Source: an uncultured Nitrospirota bacterium
Lineage (GTDB): Bacteria; Nitrospirota; Thermodesulfovibrionia; Thermodesulfovibrionales; JdFR-85
Direction: 5' to 3'
Length of the DNA stretch: 38,714 nt
NCBI GenBank assembly: GCA_964539375.1
Contig: CAZIIE010000003.1
Span: 1-38,714, forward strand
Shown here: piece by piece, positions 19,368-29,009 of the stretch
How the letters are laid out: every line of letters begins with the position of its first letter
Numbering within the stretch: the stretch's first letter is position 1
Made by a program: the position numbers and the translations under genes
Notes under the pieces: model-generated
Databases searched by the model: none
The model's input: only the letters and a program-made list of their open reading frames with translations
What the model was told of the DNA's origin: nothing

Positions 19368-19509
19368 CTCCACCTGCCGCTTCCTGTTTAGGGGCCTCTT
19401 CCTTGTAAACCTCAATGATGCTTCTTACCTTAATGCCTGCTGCCTTAAGAGCCTTCTGGATATCAGGCAGTTTTGCATCTTCCACCTTAACCATAAAGTT
19501 AGCGTTCAT
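19351..19509 (-). CDS. Unlisted small ORF, 52 aa (MNANFMVKVEDAKLPDIQKALKAAGIKVRSIIEVYKEEAPKQEAAGGDGQEK)
   Basis: Hand-translated. GGAGG SD 8 nt upstream of ATG 19509. Begins 12 nt after the frr stop and overlaps the dksA-like ATG by 17 nt. Confidence 0.45.
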   Translation of the reverse strand: MNANFMVKVEDAKLPDIQKALKAAGIKVRSIIEVYKEEAPKQEAAGGDGQEK

Positions 19510-19521
19510 TTTGAAACCTCC

Positions 19522-20079
19522 TTAAACTTCCATAATTTCATTTTCCTTTGTTTCAAGGATTTTGTCAACCTTTTTTATATGCTCATCAGTCACCTTTTGA
19601 ACCTCATCAAGGTCTTTTTTCAGCTGGTCTTCGCTAATCTCTTTGTTTTTCTCCATCTTTTTTAGCTCTTCGTTGAACTCTCTTCGTATATTTCTTATTG
19701 CAACCCTTGCCTCTTCAGCCCGCTTCCTTACCACCTTTACAAGCTGTTTCCTCCTTTCCTCAGTAAGGGGAGGGATATTCAACCTTATCACCTTGCCATC
19801 ATTGGTGGGGGTGATGCCAAGGTCTGACTGAAGTATTGCCTTCTCAATATCAGGGATTATCCTCTGCTCCCAGGGCTGTATGGTTATGGTCTTCGGGTCA
19901 GGCACAGAAAGGGTTGCCACCTGATTAAGTGGGGTCTGGGTTCCGTAGTACTCAACGGTTATCCCTTCAATAAGAGAAAGGGAAGCCCTGCCTGTGCGGA
20001 TAGTGGCTAAGTCGTGCTTATAGATATCTATTGCCTTGTCCATCTTCTCCTGAAGCCTCTTTCTCAGTGCTTTATCCAT
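19522..20079 (-). CDS. frr: Ribosome recycling factor
   Basis: 185 aa, conserved RRF sequence (RTGRASLSLIEGITVEYYG, IRNIRREF). Confidence 0.95.
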   Translation of the reverse strand: MDKALRKRLQEKMDKAIDIYKHDLATIRTGRASLSLIEGITVEYYGTQTPLNQVATLSVPDPKTITIQPWEQRIIPDIEKAILQSDLGITPTNDGKVIRLNIPPLTEERRKQLVKVVRKRAEEARVAIRNIRREFNEELKKMEKNKEISEDQLKKDLDEVQKVTDEHIKKVDKILETKENEIMEV

Positions 20080-20101
20080 GGGCCCTCCTCCTTCTTAGGT
20101 G

Positions 20102-21412
<1,311 letters not shown>

Positions 21413-21416
<4 letters not shown>

Positions 21417-22237
21417 TCTGCAACCTCCTCTGCTACGGTTTCTTCAGAAGTTTCTGTCTCCTGTATATTTTCCCCGGAGCTTTCAGACTGCTCCTCAAGC
21501 TCTATTTTTTCCTCAATAGCTGCCTCTTCCTGGGCCTGTTCAAGCTGTTTGTTAAGTATCTCTCTTCCCTCAATTACTGCATCGGCCATCTTTGATGTGA
21601 TAAGCCTGATAGCCCTGATGGCATCATCGTTTCCAGGGATTACGAAGTCTATCAGGTCAGGGTCACAGTTTGTATCAACAATGGCAACGATGGGGATGTT
21701 TAGCTTCCTTGCCTCAAGCACTGCAATGTGTTCCTTTTTGGGGTCCACAATGAAGACCGCAGCAGGAAGGCCATCCATCTCTTTTATTCCGCCGAGGTTC
21801 TTTTCAAGCTTCATCCTGGTCTTTTCCTTTTTAGCAACCTCTTTTTTGGTGAGGGCCTCATAGGTGCCATCTTCCCTCATCTGCTCAATCTTTTTGAGTT
21901 TCTCAATGCTCTTTTTTATGGTGCTAAAGTTTGTAAGCATACCACCAAGCCAGCGGTTGTTGACATAAAAAACACCTGCCCGCTGAGCCTCTTCCCTTAT
22001 TGAGTCCTGGGCTTGCTTTTTGGTGCCCACAAAGAGAATGGGCTGACCTGTTGCTGCTACCTCTTTCATGAAGTTGTAAGCATCCTCCATACCCTTCAGT
22101 GTTTTCTGAAGGTCAATTATGTAGATGCCATTACGCTCTCCGAAGATGTATTTCTTCATCTTCGGATTCCAGCGTTTTACCTGATGTCCGAAGTGGACAC
22201 CAGCCTCAAGAAGTTCCTTCATGGTCACAACTGCCAT
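21413..22237 (-). CDS. rpsB: 30S ribosomal protein S2 with an acidic C-terminal extension
   Basis: [19 protein letters not shown] and other conserved S2 sequence. A 40-aa E-rich tail. Confidence 0.95.
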
Positions 22238-22485
22238 TGTTTTGCCTCCTTAAAATGGTTTTTTCCTCCGCCCCTACCCCTGCACTCCCTGAACAGGTCA
22301 GGGAGAACCATCCAGGAGTTTATATCAGGGCGTGTGTTCTGTAATGCCTGAAAAGATAACATAATAGAGGTGATTTTTGCAATCTTTTCTGCATATTTAT
22401 AGGTTAATTTGCTATAATTTAAAACTCCTGATTGATGGATAACCCTATCAGGGTTTTCTTCAACAGTTTCTATGAAGGAGGAGCT

Positions 22486-23742
22486 ATGGATATAAAGAGC
22501 TTTGTACTTGAGAAGGCGCTTGAGGCAAGGGAGGGTGCCAGGGCTCTATTAAGGGCAAGCACAGAACAGAAAAACAGGGTTTTGCTCAAGATGGCCGATG
22601 CCATTGAACAGGAAGCGGAGGAGCTTAAGAGGGAAAACCAGAAAGACATTGAGTATGCCCGACAAAAGGGACTTTCTGCTGCCTTGATAGACAGGCTTAC
22701 ACTAACAGAGAAAAGAATAAAAGAGATGGCAACAGGTTTGAGGGAAATAGCTGCACTGCCTGACCCTGTTGGTGAGGTTACGAGGATGTGGCAGAGGCCA
22801 AATGGCATGACCGTGGGAAGGATGAGGGTGCCCATTGGTGTGATAGGTATTATCTATGAATCAAGACCGAATGTTACAGCTGATGCCACCAGTCTCTGCC
22901 TTAAGGCTGGAAATGCCGTGCTTTTAAGGGGTGGCTCCGAGGCTGTAAACTCAAACAGGGCAATTGTGAAACTTCTCAGAGAGGCTGCCAGAGATGAGGG
23001 CATACATCAGGGAGCCATAACCTTTATAGACATTCCTGAACGTGAGGCCATTTATGAGATGATTAAACTTGAAGGCATTGTTGACCTGGTTATACCAAGA
23101 GGTGGTGAGGGACTTATCAGAGCAGTTACTGAAAACTCAAGGGTGCCTGTGCTTAAACATTACAAAGGGGTATGCCATGTCTTTGTTGACCGCGATGCTG
23201 ACCTTAAGATGGCAGAGGAAATATGCATAAATGCAAAGGTTCAGAGACCTGGAACCTGTAATGCCATGGAGACATTGCTGGTTGACCAGGCAATTGCCAG
23301 TGAGTTTCTCCCGTTGGTGCTCAAGAGACTTTCAGAGCTTGGTGTGAAGATAAAGGGCTGTGCAAGGACCGTTGAAATCTTTAAAGAGGCTCAGGAGGCT
23401 AAGGAGGAGGACTATTACAACGAGTACCTTGACCTTATAATGAATGTCAGGGTTGTTAAGGATATGGATGAGGCAATAGCCCATATTGACCGTTACAGTT
23501 CTGGACACACTGAGACCATCGTTACTGAAAACTATCACAGGGCTATGAGATTTCTGAGAGAGGTTGATTCAGCAGCCGTGATGGTTAATGCCTCAACACG
23601 ACTCCACGATGGTGGACAGTTCGGGCTTGGAGCTGAAATAGGTATCTCCACCGATAAAATCCATGCCCGTGGTTCAATGGGGCTTGAGGAGCTTACCTGC
23701 CAGAAATTCATAGTCCTCGGAACAGGACAGATAAGAACATAA
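22486..23742 (+). CDS. proA: Gamma-glutamyl phosphate reductase
   Basis: Start chosen at ATG 22486 (MDIKSF, GAAGGAGGAG SD). Conserved IYESRPNVT and GTCNAMETLLV. Confidence 0.9.
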   Translation: MDIKSFVLEKALEAREGARALLRASTEQKNRVLLKMADAIEQEAEELKRENQKDIEYARQKGLSAALIDRLTLTEKRIKEMATGLREIAALPDPVGEVTRMWQRPNGMTVGRMRVPIGVIGIIYESRPNVTADATSLCLKAGNAVLLRGGSEAVNSNRAIVKLLREAARDEGIHQGAITFIDIPEREAIYEMIKLEGIVDLVIPRGGEGLIRAVTENSRVPVLKHYKGVCHVFVDRDADLKMAEEICINAKVQRPGTCNAMETLLVDQAIASEFLPLVLKRLSELGVKIKGCARTVEIFKEAQEAKEEDYYNEYLDLIMNVRVVKDMDEAIAHIDRYSSGHTETIVTENYHRAMRFLREVDSAAVMVNASTRLHDGGQFGLGAEIGISTDKIHARGSMGLEELTCQKFIVLGTGQIRT

Positions 23743-23750
23743 AAAGACAG

Positions 23751-23831
23751 TGGGTAGGGGACAGGGAGTAGGGAGTAGTAAAAAATAATATTCCCTACTC
23801 CCTGCACGCTACACCCTACACCCTAATTCAA
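23751..23831. repeat. Intergenic short-period repeat block containing a 13-bp inverted repeat
   Basis: GGGAGTA x2 and CTACACC x2 tandem units. CAGGGAGTAGGGA (23762-23774) pairs with TCCCTACTCCCTG (23792-23804). No U-tract follows. Confidence 0.6.
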
Positions 23832-23843
23832 AAGGAGGTTGTC

Positions 23844-25328
23844 TTGGAGCCTGAAAACGAGTTGATACAACAGAGAAAGAGAAAGCTTGAGGAGCTGAGG
23901 GAACTCGGCATTGACCCCTACGGTGGTGTGTTTGATAAAACCCATAGTGCCTCTGATATCTTCAGACAGTATGGTGAGATTGAGGCTGAGGCTCTGGAAA
24001 AGGACCCTGTAGAGGTTACTGTTGCTGGCAGGATTGTGGCCTGGCGAAGCTTTGGTAAGGCTGCCTTTTCCCATATTCAGGACAGTACAGGCAAGATACA
24101 GGTTTATTTTCGAAAGGACATCCTTGGCGATAGATTTAAGATTGTAAAGAAGTTTGATATTGGTGACATAATCGGAGTAAGAGGCAAGCTCTTCAGAACC
24201 AAGACAGGTGAGCTTACCATACTGGTTGAGGACTTTTCCTTTTTAACCAAATCACTGAGACCTCTTCCTGAAAAATGGCACGGCCTGAAGGATATAGAGC
24301 TTCGGTACAGACAGAGGTATGTGGACCTTATTGTGAATCCCGAGGTCCGTCAGACCTTTTTGAAACGCTGTGAGATAATAAGGTTCATAAGGGATTACCT
24401 TGAGAGGGAGGGCTTTATAGAGGTTGAGACACCCATGATGCACCAGATACCAGGTGGTGCCACTGCTCGCCCCTTTAAGACCCACCACAATGCCCTCGGC
24501 ATTGACCTTTATCTGAGGATTGCGCCAGAGCTTTATCTTAAGAGGCTCCTTGTTGGAGGCTTTGAAAGGGTCTTTGAACTTAACAAGAACTTCCGAAACG
24601 AAGGGATTTCAACAAAGCACAACCCAGAGTTTACAATGCTTGAGTTTTATGTTGCATACAGGGATTACAACTTCCTGATGGACTTTACAGAGAGGATGTT
24701 TACCGAGTTGTTAAAGAAGACTGTTGGCTCCATGAAGGTGAAGTTTGGCGATTTTGAGATAGACTTCACTCCTCCCTGGCCAAGGATACCCATGTATGAG
24801 GCATTAAAGAAACAGGGAGTCCCTGAGGAGATATTTTCCGACTATGAAAGGGCAAGAAAGTGGGCAATATCAGAGGGGATAGATGTCAAGGATGCACCAA
24901 CCCTTGCTAAACTCCTTGACGAGATTTTTAAGGAAAAGGTAGAGCCCCATCTTATACAGCCAACATTCATTATTGACTATCCTGTGGAGCTTTCTCCTCT
25001 TGCAAAAAGAAAAAGGGACAATCCAGAACTGGTTGAGCGTTTTGAGCTTTTTATAGCCCAGCGAGAGATTGCAAATGCCTTTACAGAGCTTAATGACCCC
25101 GAAGACCAGAGACAGCGATTCCTGAAACAGGTGGAGGCAAAAAACAAGGGCGATGAAGAGGCACACTGGATGGATGAAGATTTTGTTAGAGCCCTTGAGT
25201 ATGGTATGCCGCCTGCAGCAGGTGAGGGCATAGGCATTGACAGGCTGGTGATGATCCTTACAGGTTCCACTTCTATAAGAGATGTGATACTTTTCCCCCA
25301 GATGAAGCCTGAGAAAAAACAGTCATGA
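23844..25328 (+). CDS. lysS: Lysyl-tRNA synthetase, class II
   Basis: 494 aa, OB-fold N-terminus, class II motifs (ETPMMH, FRNEG, GIGIDRL). TTG start with an AAGGAGG SD. Confidence 0.95.
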   Translation: MEPENELIQQRKRKLEELRELGIDPYGGVFDKTHSASDIFRQYGEIEAEALEKDPVEVTVAGRIVAWRSFGKAAFSHIQDSTGKIQVYFRKDILGDRFKIVKKFDIGDIIGVRGKLFRTKTGELTILVEDFSFLTKSLRPLPEKWHGLKDIELRYRQRYVDLIVNPEVRQTFLKRCEIIRFIRDYLEREGFIEVETPMMHQIPGGATARPFKTHHNALGIDLYLRIAPELYLKRLLVGGFERVFELNKNFRNEGISTKHNPEFTMLEFYVAYRDYNFLMDFTERMFTELLKKTVGSMKVKFGDFEIDFTPPWPRIPMYEALKKQGVPEEIFSDYERARKWAISEGIDVKDAPTLAKLLDEIFKEKVEPHLIQPTFIIDYPVELSPLAKRKRDNPELVERFELFIAQREIANAFTELNDPEDQRQRFLKQVEAKNKGDEEAHWMDEDFVRALEYGMPPAAGEGIGIDRLVMILTGSTSIRDVILFPQMKPEKKQS

Positions 25329-26554
25329 GGCTTCCCTATCAGCTCCTTATAGCAATTCGTTATCTTAGGTCAAAGAAGAAAAAAAGGGGTATCTCCTTTA
25401 ACACCTTGATAACCACGGGTGGTGTGATGGTTGGGGTAATGGCTCTGGTTGTGGTTCTTTCAGTAATGAGCGGCTTTCATGAAGACCTGAGAAACAAAAT
25501 CCTCGGTGTCAATGCCCATGTGGTTGTGCTTAACCTGAAGGGTGGAATAAAGGGCTATCCAGAGGTTATTGAAAAGCTCAAAGGGATAGATGAGGTAAGG
25601 GGAGCATCGCCCTTTGTGCTTGCCCAGGTTATGATATCAAAGGGAAGGAATGCCCATGGGGTGTTTTTAAGAGGCATTTCTCCATCCTATGAAAGGGAGA
25701 CCACAACCTTAACGAGACATATAAAGGTAGGAAGACTTGATGCCCTTACAGAGGAGGGTAAACTTCCAGGGGTAATTATCGGCAATGAACTTGCTTCCAT
25801 TCTCAATGCCTATATGGGCGATGTGGTAAGCATAATATCACCCACCGGTGAGATAGGGCCGATGGGTATGCTTCCGAGGGTCAGAAAGTTCAGAGTGGTG
25901 GGTATCTTTGAGGTAGGCATGTATGAGTACGATGCTAACCTGATACTGACCTCACTAAAGGCAGCCCAGGAGTTTTTCGGCCTTGGACAGGAGGTTACAG
26001 GCATTGAGCTGAGGTTAAGTGACATATACAGGGCTGCAAAGGTAAGACAGATGATTCCCCAGGTTCTTGGAAGAACCTATTTTGCAAGGGACTGGATGCA
26101 GATGAATCGTAACCTGTTTTCAGCCCTGAAACTTGAAAAGTTTACCATGTTTATTATCCTTACCCTGATTGTGCTTGTTGCATCCTTTAACATCGTCAGC
26201 ACCCTGATAATGAATGTGATAGAAAAGCAGAGAGAGATTGCCATACTCAAGGCAATGGGTGCCACAAACAGGGGTATAATGGGAATCTTTATCTTTCAGG
26301 GTCTTGTTATAGGTGTGGTTGGCACAGTGCTCGGCATAGTGGGAGGATACCTGCTCTGTTATATCATAGGAAGATACCAGATAGTTAAGCTACCTGCTGA
26401 TGTATACTATCTCAGCCATCTGCCAGTAAAGACAGATCCCCTTGACTTTCTGCTTGTATCACTTGCTGCAATTGGTATAAGCCTCCTTGCTACCCTTTAT
26501 CCTGCCTATCAGGCAGCAAAACTTGACCCTGTAGAGCCGTTGAGGTATGAGTGA
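25325..26554 (+). CDS. lolC: Lipoprotein-release ABC permease, LolC/LolE family (FtsX/MacB type)
   Basis: 409 aa. N-terminal TM, large periplasmic domain, C-terminal FtsX-like TM bundle. Paired with lolD downstream. Confidence 0.85.
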   Translation: MRLPYQLLIAIRYLRSKKKKRGISFNTLITTGGVMVGVMALVVVLSVMSGFHEDLRNKILGVNAHVVVLNLKGGIKGYPEVIEKLKGIDEVRGASPFVLAQVMISKGRNAHGVFLRGISPSYERETTTLTRHIKVGRLDALTEEGKLPGVIIGNELASILNAYMGDVVSIISPTGEIGPMGMLPRVRKFRVVGIFEVGMYEYDANLILTSLKAAQEFFGLGQEVTGIELRLSDIYRAAKVRQMIPQVLGRTYFARDWMQMNRNLFSALKLEKFTMFIILTLIVLVASFNIVSTLIMNVIEKQREIAILKAMGATNRGIMGIFIFQGLVIGVVGTVLGIVGGYLLCYIIGRYQIVKLPADVYYLSHLPVKTDPLDFLLVSLAAIGISLLATLYPAYQAAKLDPVEPLRYE

Positions 26555-26805
26555 TGTGCAGATTTATAAAAAGACTGGTTTGCTTTCTGGTTATTTTAAC
26601 ACTGCTTGCCTTTGTGGTTGCCCTTTTAAAGGGAGGAGAGCCCTTCAGAAAGCTCGGGGAAAGATCAGAGCATCTTGGAAGGACTATAAAAAAGAGGTCT
26701 GAAGAGCTTGCAAAAGAGGCTGATAGATTGAAAAAGACCAGAGAGGTAATTGAGAAACAGAAAAAGGAGATAGAGCGGTTAAAGGAAAAACTAAAAGATA
26801 AATAA
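26554..26805 (+). CDS. Membrane-anchored coiled-coil small protein (83 aa) inserted between lolC and lolD
   Basis: ATG 26554 overlaps the lolC stop (TGATG). One TM (LVCFLVILTLLAFVVALL) and a K/E-rich helix. Confidence 0.5.
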   Translation: MCRFIKRLVCFLVILTLLAFVVALLKGGEPFRKLGERSEHLGRTIKKRSEELAKEADRLKKTREVIEKQKKEIERLKEKLKDK

Positions 26806-26809
26806 ATAC

Positions 26810-26846
26810 CCCCTTTAGTTCCACTTGCGAAGTGGAACTAAAGGGG
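26810..26846. repeat. Perfect 16-bp-stem hairpin, copy 1 (REP-like palindromic element)
   Basis: CCCCTTTAGTTCCACT-tgcga-AGTGGAACTAAAGGGG. The core TTAGTTCCACT/AGTGGAACTAA is identical to 37922-37958. Confidence 0.8.
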
Positions 26847-26868
26847 TGGTTAAAGGAGAATATAGAGG

Positions 26869-27555
26869 GTGAGTAAGCCTCTTGTAAGTGTTAAGGCGTT
26901 AAGGAAAAATTACCTGACTGAGGCTGGGGAGCTTGAGGTCCTGAAGGGGATAGACCTTGAGATACAAAGGGCTGAGATGGTAGCTGTGGTTGGGGCCTCT
27001 GGTGTGGGAAAGAGCACCCTCTTACATATACTTGGCACCCTTGATAGACCTACTTCAGGACAGGTGCTTTTTGATGGAGTAGATGTGTTCGGGCTTAACG
27101 ACCCAGAGCTTGCAGAGTTCAGAAACAGAAAGATAGGCTTTGTGTTTCAGTTTCATCACCTGCTGCCTGAATTCAGTGCACTGGAAAATGTTATGATGCC
27201 TGCCCTTATAGGGGGAATGGAAAGGGATGAGGCAATAGTAAGGGCTGAAGGGCTGCTTTCCGAGCTTGGCCTTTCAGAAAGACTCCAGCACCGTCCTGGT
27301 GAGCTCTCAGGCGGGGAGCAACAAAGGGTAGCAGTAGCAAGGGCACTTGTAATGGAGCCATCTCTTGTGCTTGCCGATGAGCCAACCGGTAACCTGGATA
27401 CAAGGACAGGCCGTGAACTCTTTTGTCTGCTTAAAAAACTGAACAGTGAAAGGGGGATTACCTTTTTGGTGGTTACCCATAATGAGGAGCTTGCCTCAGG
27501 TTGTTCAAGGGTTGTAAAGATGGTTGATGGAAGGTTTGAGGGCTCCTTTTCTTAG
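26869..27555 (+). CDS. lolD: Lipoprotein-release ABC ATPase LolD
   Basis: GTG start. Walker [10 protein letters not shown], signature [15 protein letters not shown], Walker [13 protein letters not shown]. Confidence 0.9.
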   Translation: MSKPLVSVKALRKNYLTEAGELEVLKGIDLEIQRAEMVAVVGASGVGKSTLLHILGTLDRPTSGQVLFDGVDVFGLNDPELAEFRNRKIGFVFQFHHLLPEFSALENVMMPALIGGMERDEAIVRAEGLLSELGLSERLQHRPGELSGGEQQRVAVARALVMEPSLVLADEPTGNLDTRTGRELFCLLKKLNSERGITFLVVTHNEELASGCSRVVKMVDGRFEGSFS

Positions 27556-28131
27556 TATCTTCACCTTTCCCTCAACTACCTCTACAATGGTTGAGGGTTC
27601 AATCCCGTAGGTCTTGCCACCGTCAATTATAAGGTCTATCTGGTCATCAAAATACTCAATAACCTTCTGGGCATTGTCTGCAGGAGGGCTGCCTGAAAGG
27701 TTAGCGCTTGTGGCTGTAATAGGGTATCCAGCTTTTTTTACAAGGGTAAAGGCGAAGGAGCGGCCTGGTATTCGGAGTGCCACCTTAGAGGTGCCAGCTG
27801 TAATAAAATCACTCAGCCCTTCCCGAGCCTTTAAAACAATGGTTAGAGGCCCTGGCCAGTACCTTTCCATCAGCATCCTCTCAAGCATGCTAACCCTGGA
27901 GCAGAGGGAAAGGGCTACTTTAATAGAGGGAACAATCAGTGGAAGAGCCTTTTCCTTTGGGCGATGTTTTATCTCGTAAAGCCTTTTTAGTGCCTCAGGA
28001 TTGTCATACTTCACACCAAGGCCGTAGAAGGTCTCGGTAGGAAAGGCTACAATGCCGCCCTCGTTAAGAACCTCCACAGCCCTCATTGCTATAGCCTCTT
28101 TGTTGGAGTTTGAGAGCTTTATGTAGTTCAT
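27505..28131 (-). CDS. tsaC: L-threonylcarbamoyladenylate synthase (TsaC/YrdC/Sua5 family)
   Basis: [16 protein letters not shown]. 208 aa. The 3' end overlaps lolD convergently by 51 nt. Confidence 0.85.
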   Translation of the reverse strand: MNYIKLSNSNKEAIAMRAVEVLNEGGIVAFPTETFYGLGVKYDNPEALKRLYEIKHRPKEKALPLIVPSIKVALSLCSRVSMLERMLMERYWPGPLTIVLKAREGLSDFITAGTSKVALRIPGRSFAFTLVKKAGYPITATSANLSGSPPADNAQKVIEYFDDQIDLIIDGGKTYGIEPSTIVEVVEGKVKILRKGALKPSINHLYNP

Positions 28132-28997
28132 TCAGAGCCTCCCTGAATTAACATCATTGAGCCAGGCTTAACCCCTATAAACCTTGAAACAACTTCGCAC
28201 TTTGACTGAAAAAGAAAGAATATCTGTCTTTCTTCATGACAGAGGGTCTCAAAGTTACCCTGTCCCTTGCTGATTATGAGGCTGCTATTATTATAAACTT
28301 CCTGAAACTCCTTTGAACACCACTTTAGGATTGTGCCAATGCAGTCAGAACCGTTTGTTATCACCTCTGACACCCTGTCAATACCTGTCTGAAGGGCATC
28401 TTCAAGGGTTGCATCATTAATCACAGGTGAGCCTTTTACAACCGCTCTCACAGAGATACCCCTTTCAACGAGCTCTTCTATCAGTATCCTGTCAAAGACT
28501 ATTTCACCCGCATTGTCAAGAAGATAAAGGAGGCTTTCGGCCCCTTCAAGGCTGGCCCTGAATTTACCGTAATCATCCCAGGCAAGGTCTTCTTTGAGTG
28601 CTCTTCTGATTTCGGCCTCAATATCCACTGTGGAATAAATACCAAAATCAATGGAGTTTCCTGCAATGGCAAGCCTTGTTGCTGTTAACAGTGGGTCTGG
28701 TGACCCCTTTACGATTTCCTTTAGCTCTTCATAAAGAGAAAGCCCTATCTGGTTATATCTTTTTTTAATATCCTTAAAGGGGTCGGTGCCCAGCAGTTGC
28801 CTGATTCTTCTATGCATGAAGGTGGTGCTGTGGGCAGGTGATTCACTGATGTCGGTCTCCTGAATATCCTTAAGGATGCTTTTTATAATCCCTATCTTTT
28901 CATGGCTTTCAAGCCCTGTCTGGTTAAGAGATATTATTACCTGTTTGAGAAAACAGGGAAAACACTCAGGCGCTACCCTGAAGTCATCAAAGGTCAT
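28128..28997 (-). CDS. DUF89 (ARMT1-like) metal-dependent phosphatase family protein
   Basis: LLDNAGEIVFD and SKGQGNFETL motifs. 289 aa. 4-nt overlap with tsaC. Confidence 0.7.
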   Translation of the reverse strand: MTFDDFRVAPECFPCFLKQVIISLNQTGLESHEKIGIIKSILKDIQETDISESPAHSTTFMHRRIRQLLGTDPFKDIKKRYNQIGLSLYEELKEIVKGSPDPLLTATRLAIAGNSIDFGIYSTVDIEAEIRRALKEDLAWDDYGKFRASLEGAESLLYLLDNAGEIVFDRILIEELVERGISVRAVVKGSPVINDATLEDALQTGIDRVSEVITNGSDCIGTILKWCSKEFQEVYNNSSLIISKGQGNFETLCHEERQIFFLFQSKCEVVSRFIGVKPGSMMLIQGGSE

Positions 28998-29009
28998 ATC
29001 TGCTAACTC

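Noticed and set aside
23762-23804. 13-bp inverted repeat after proA considered as an intrinsic terminator
   Set aside because: No U-tract follows and the loop is 17 nt. It is better described as part of the short-period repeat family, though it may still pause or stabilise transcripts.
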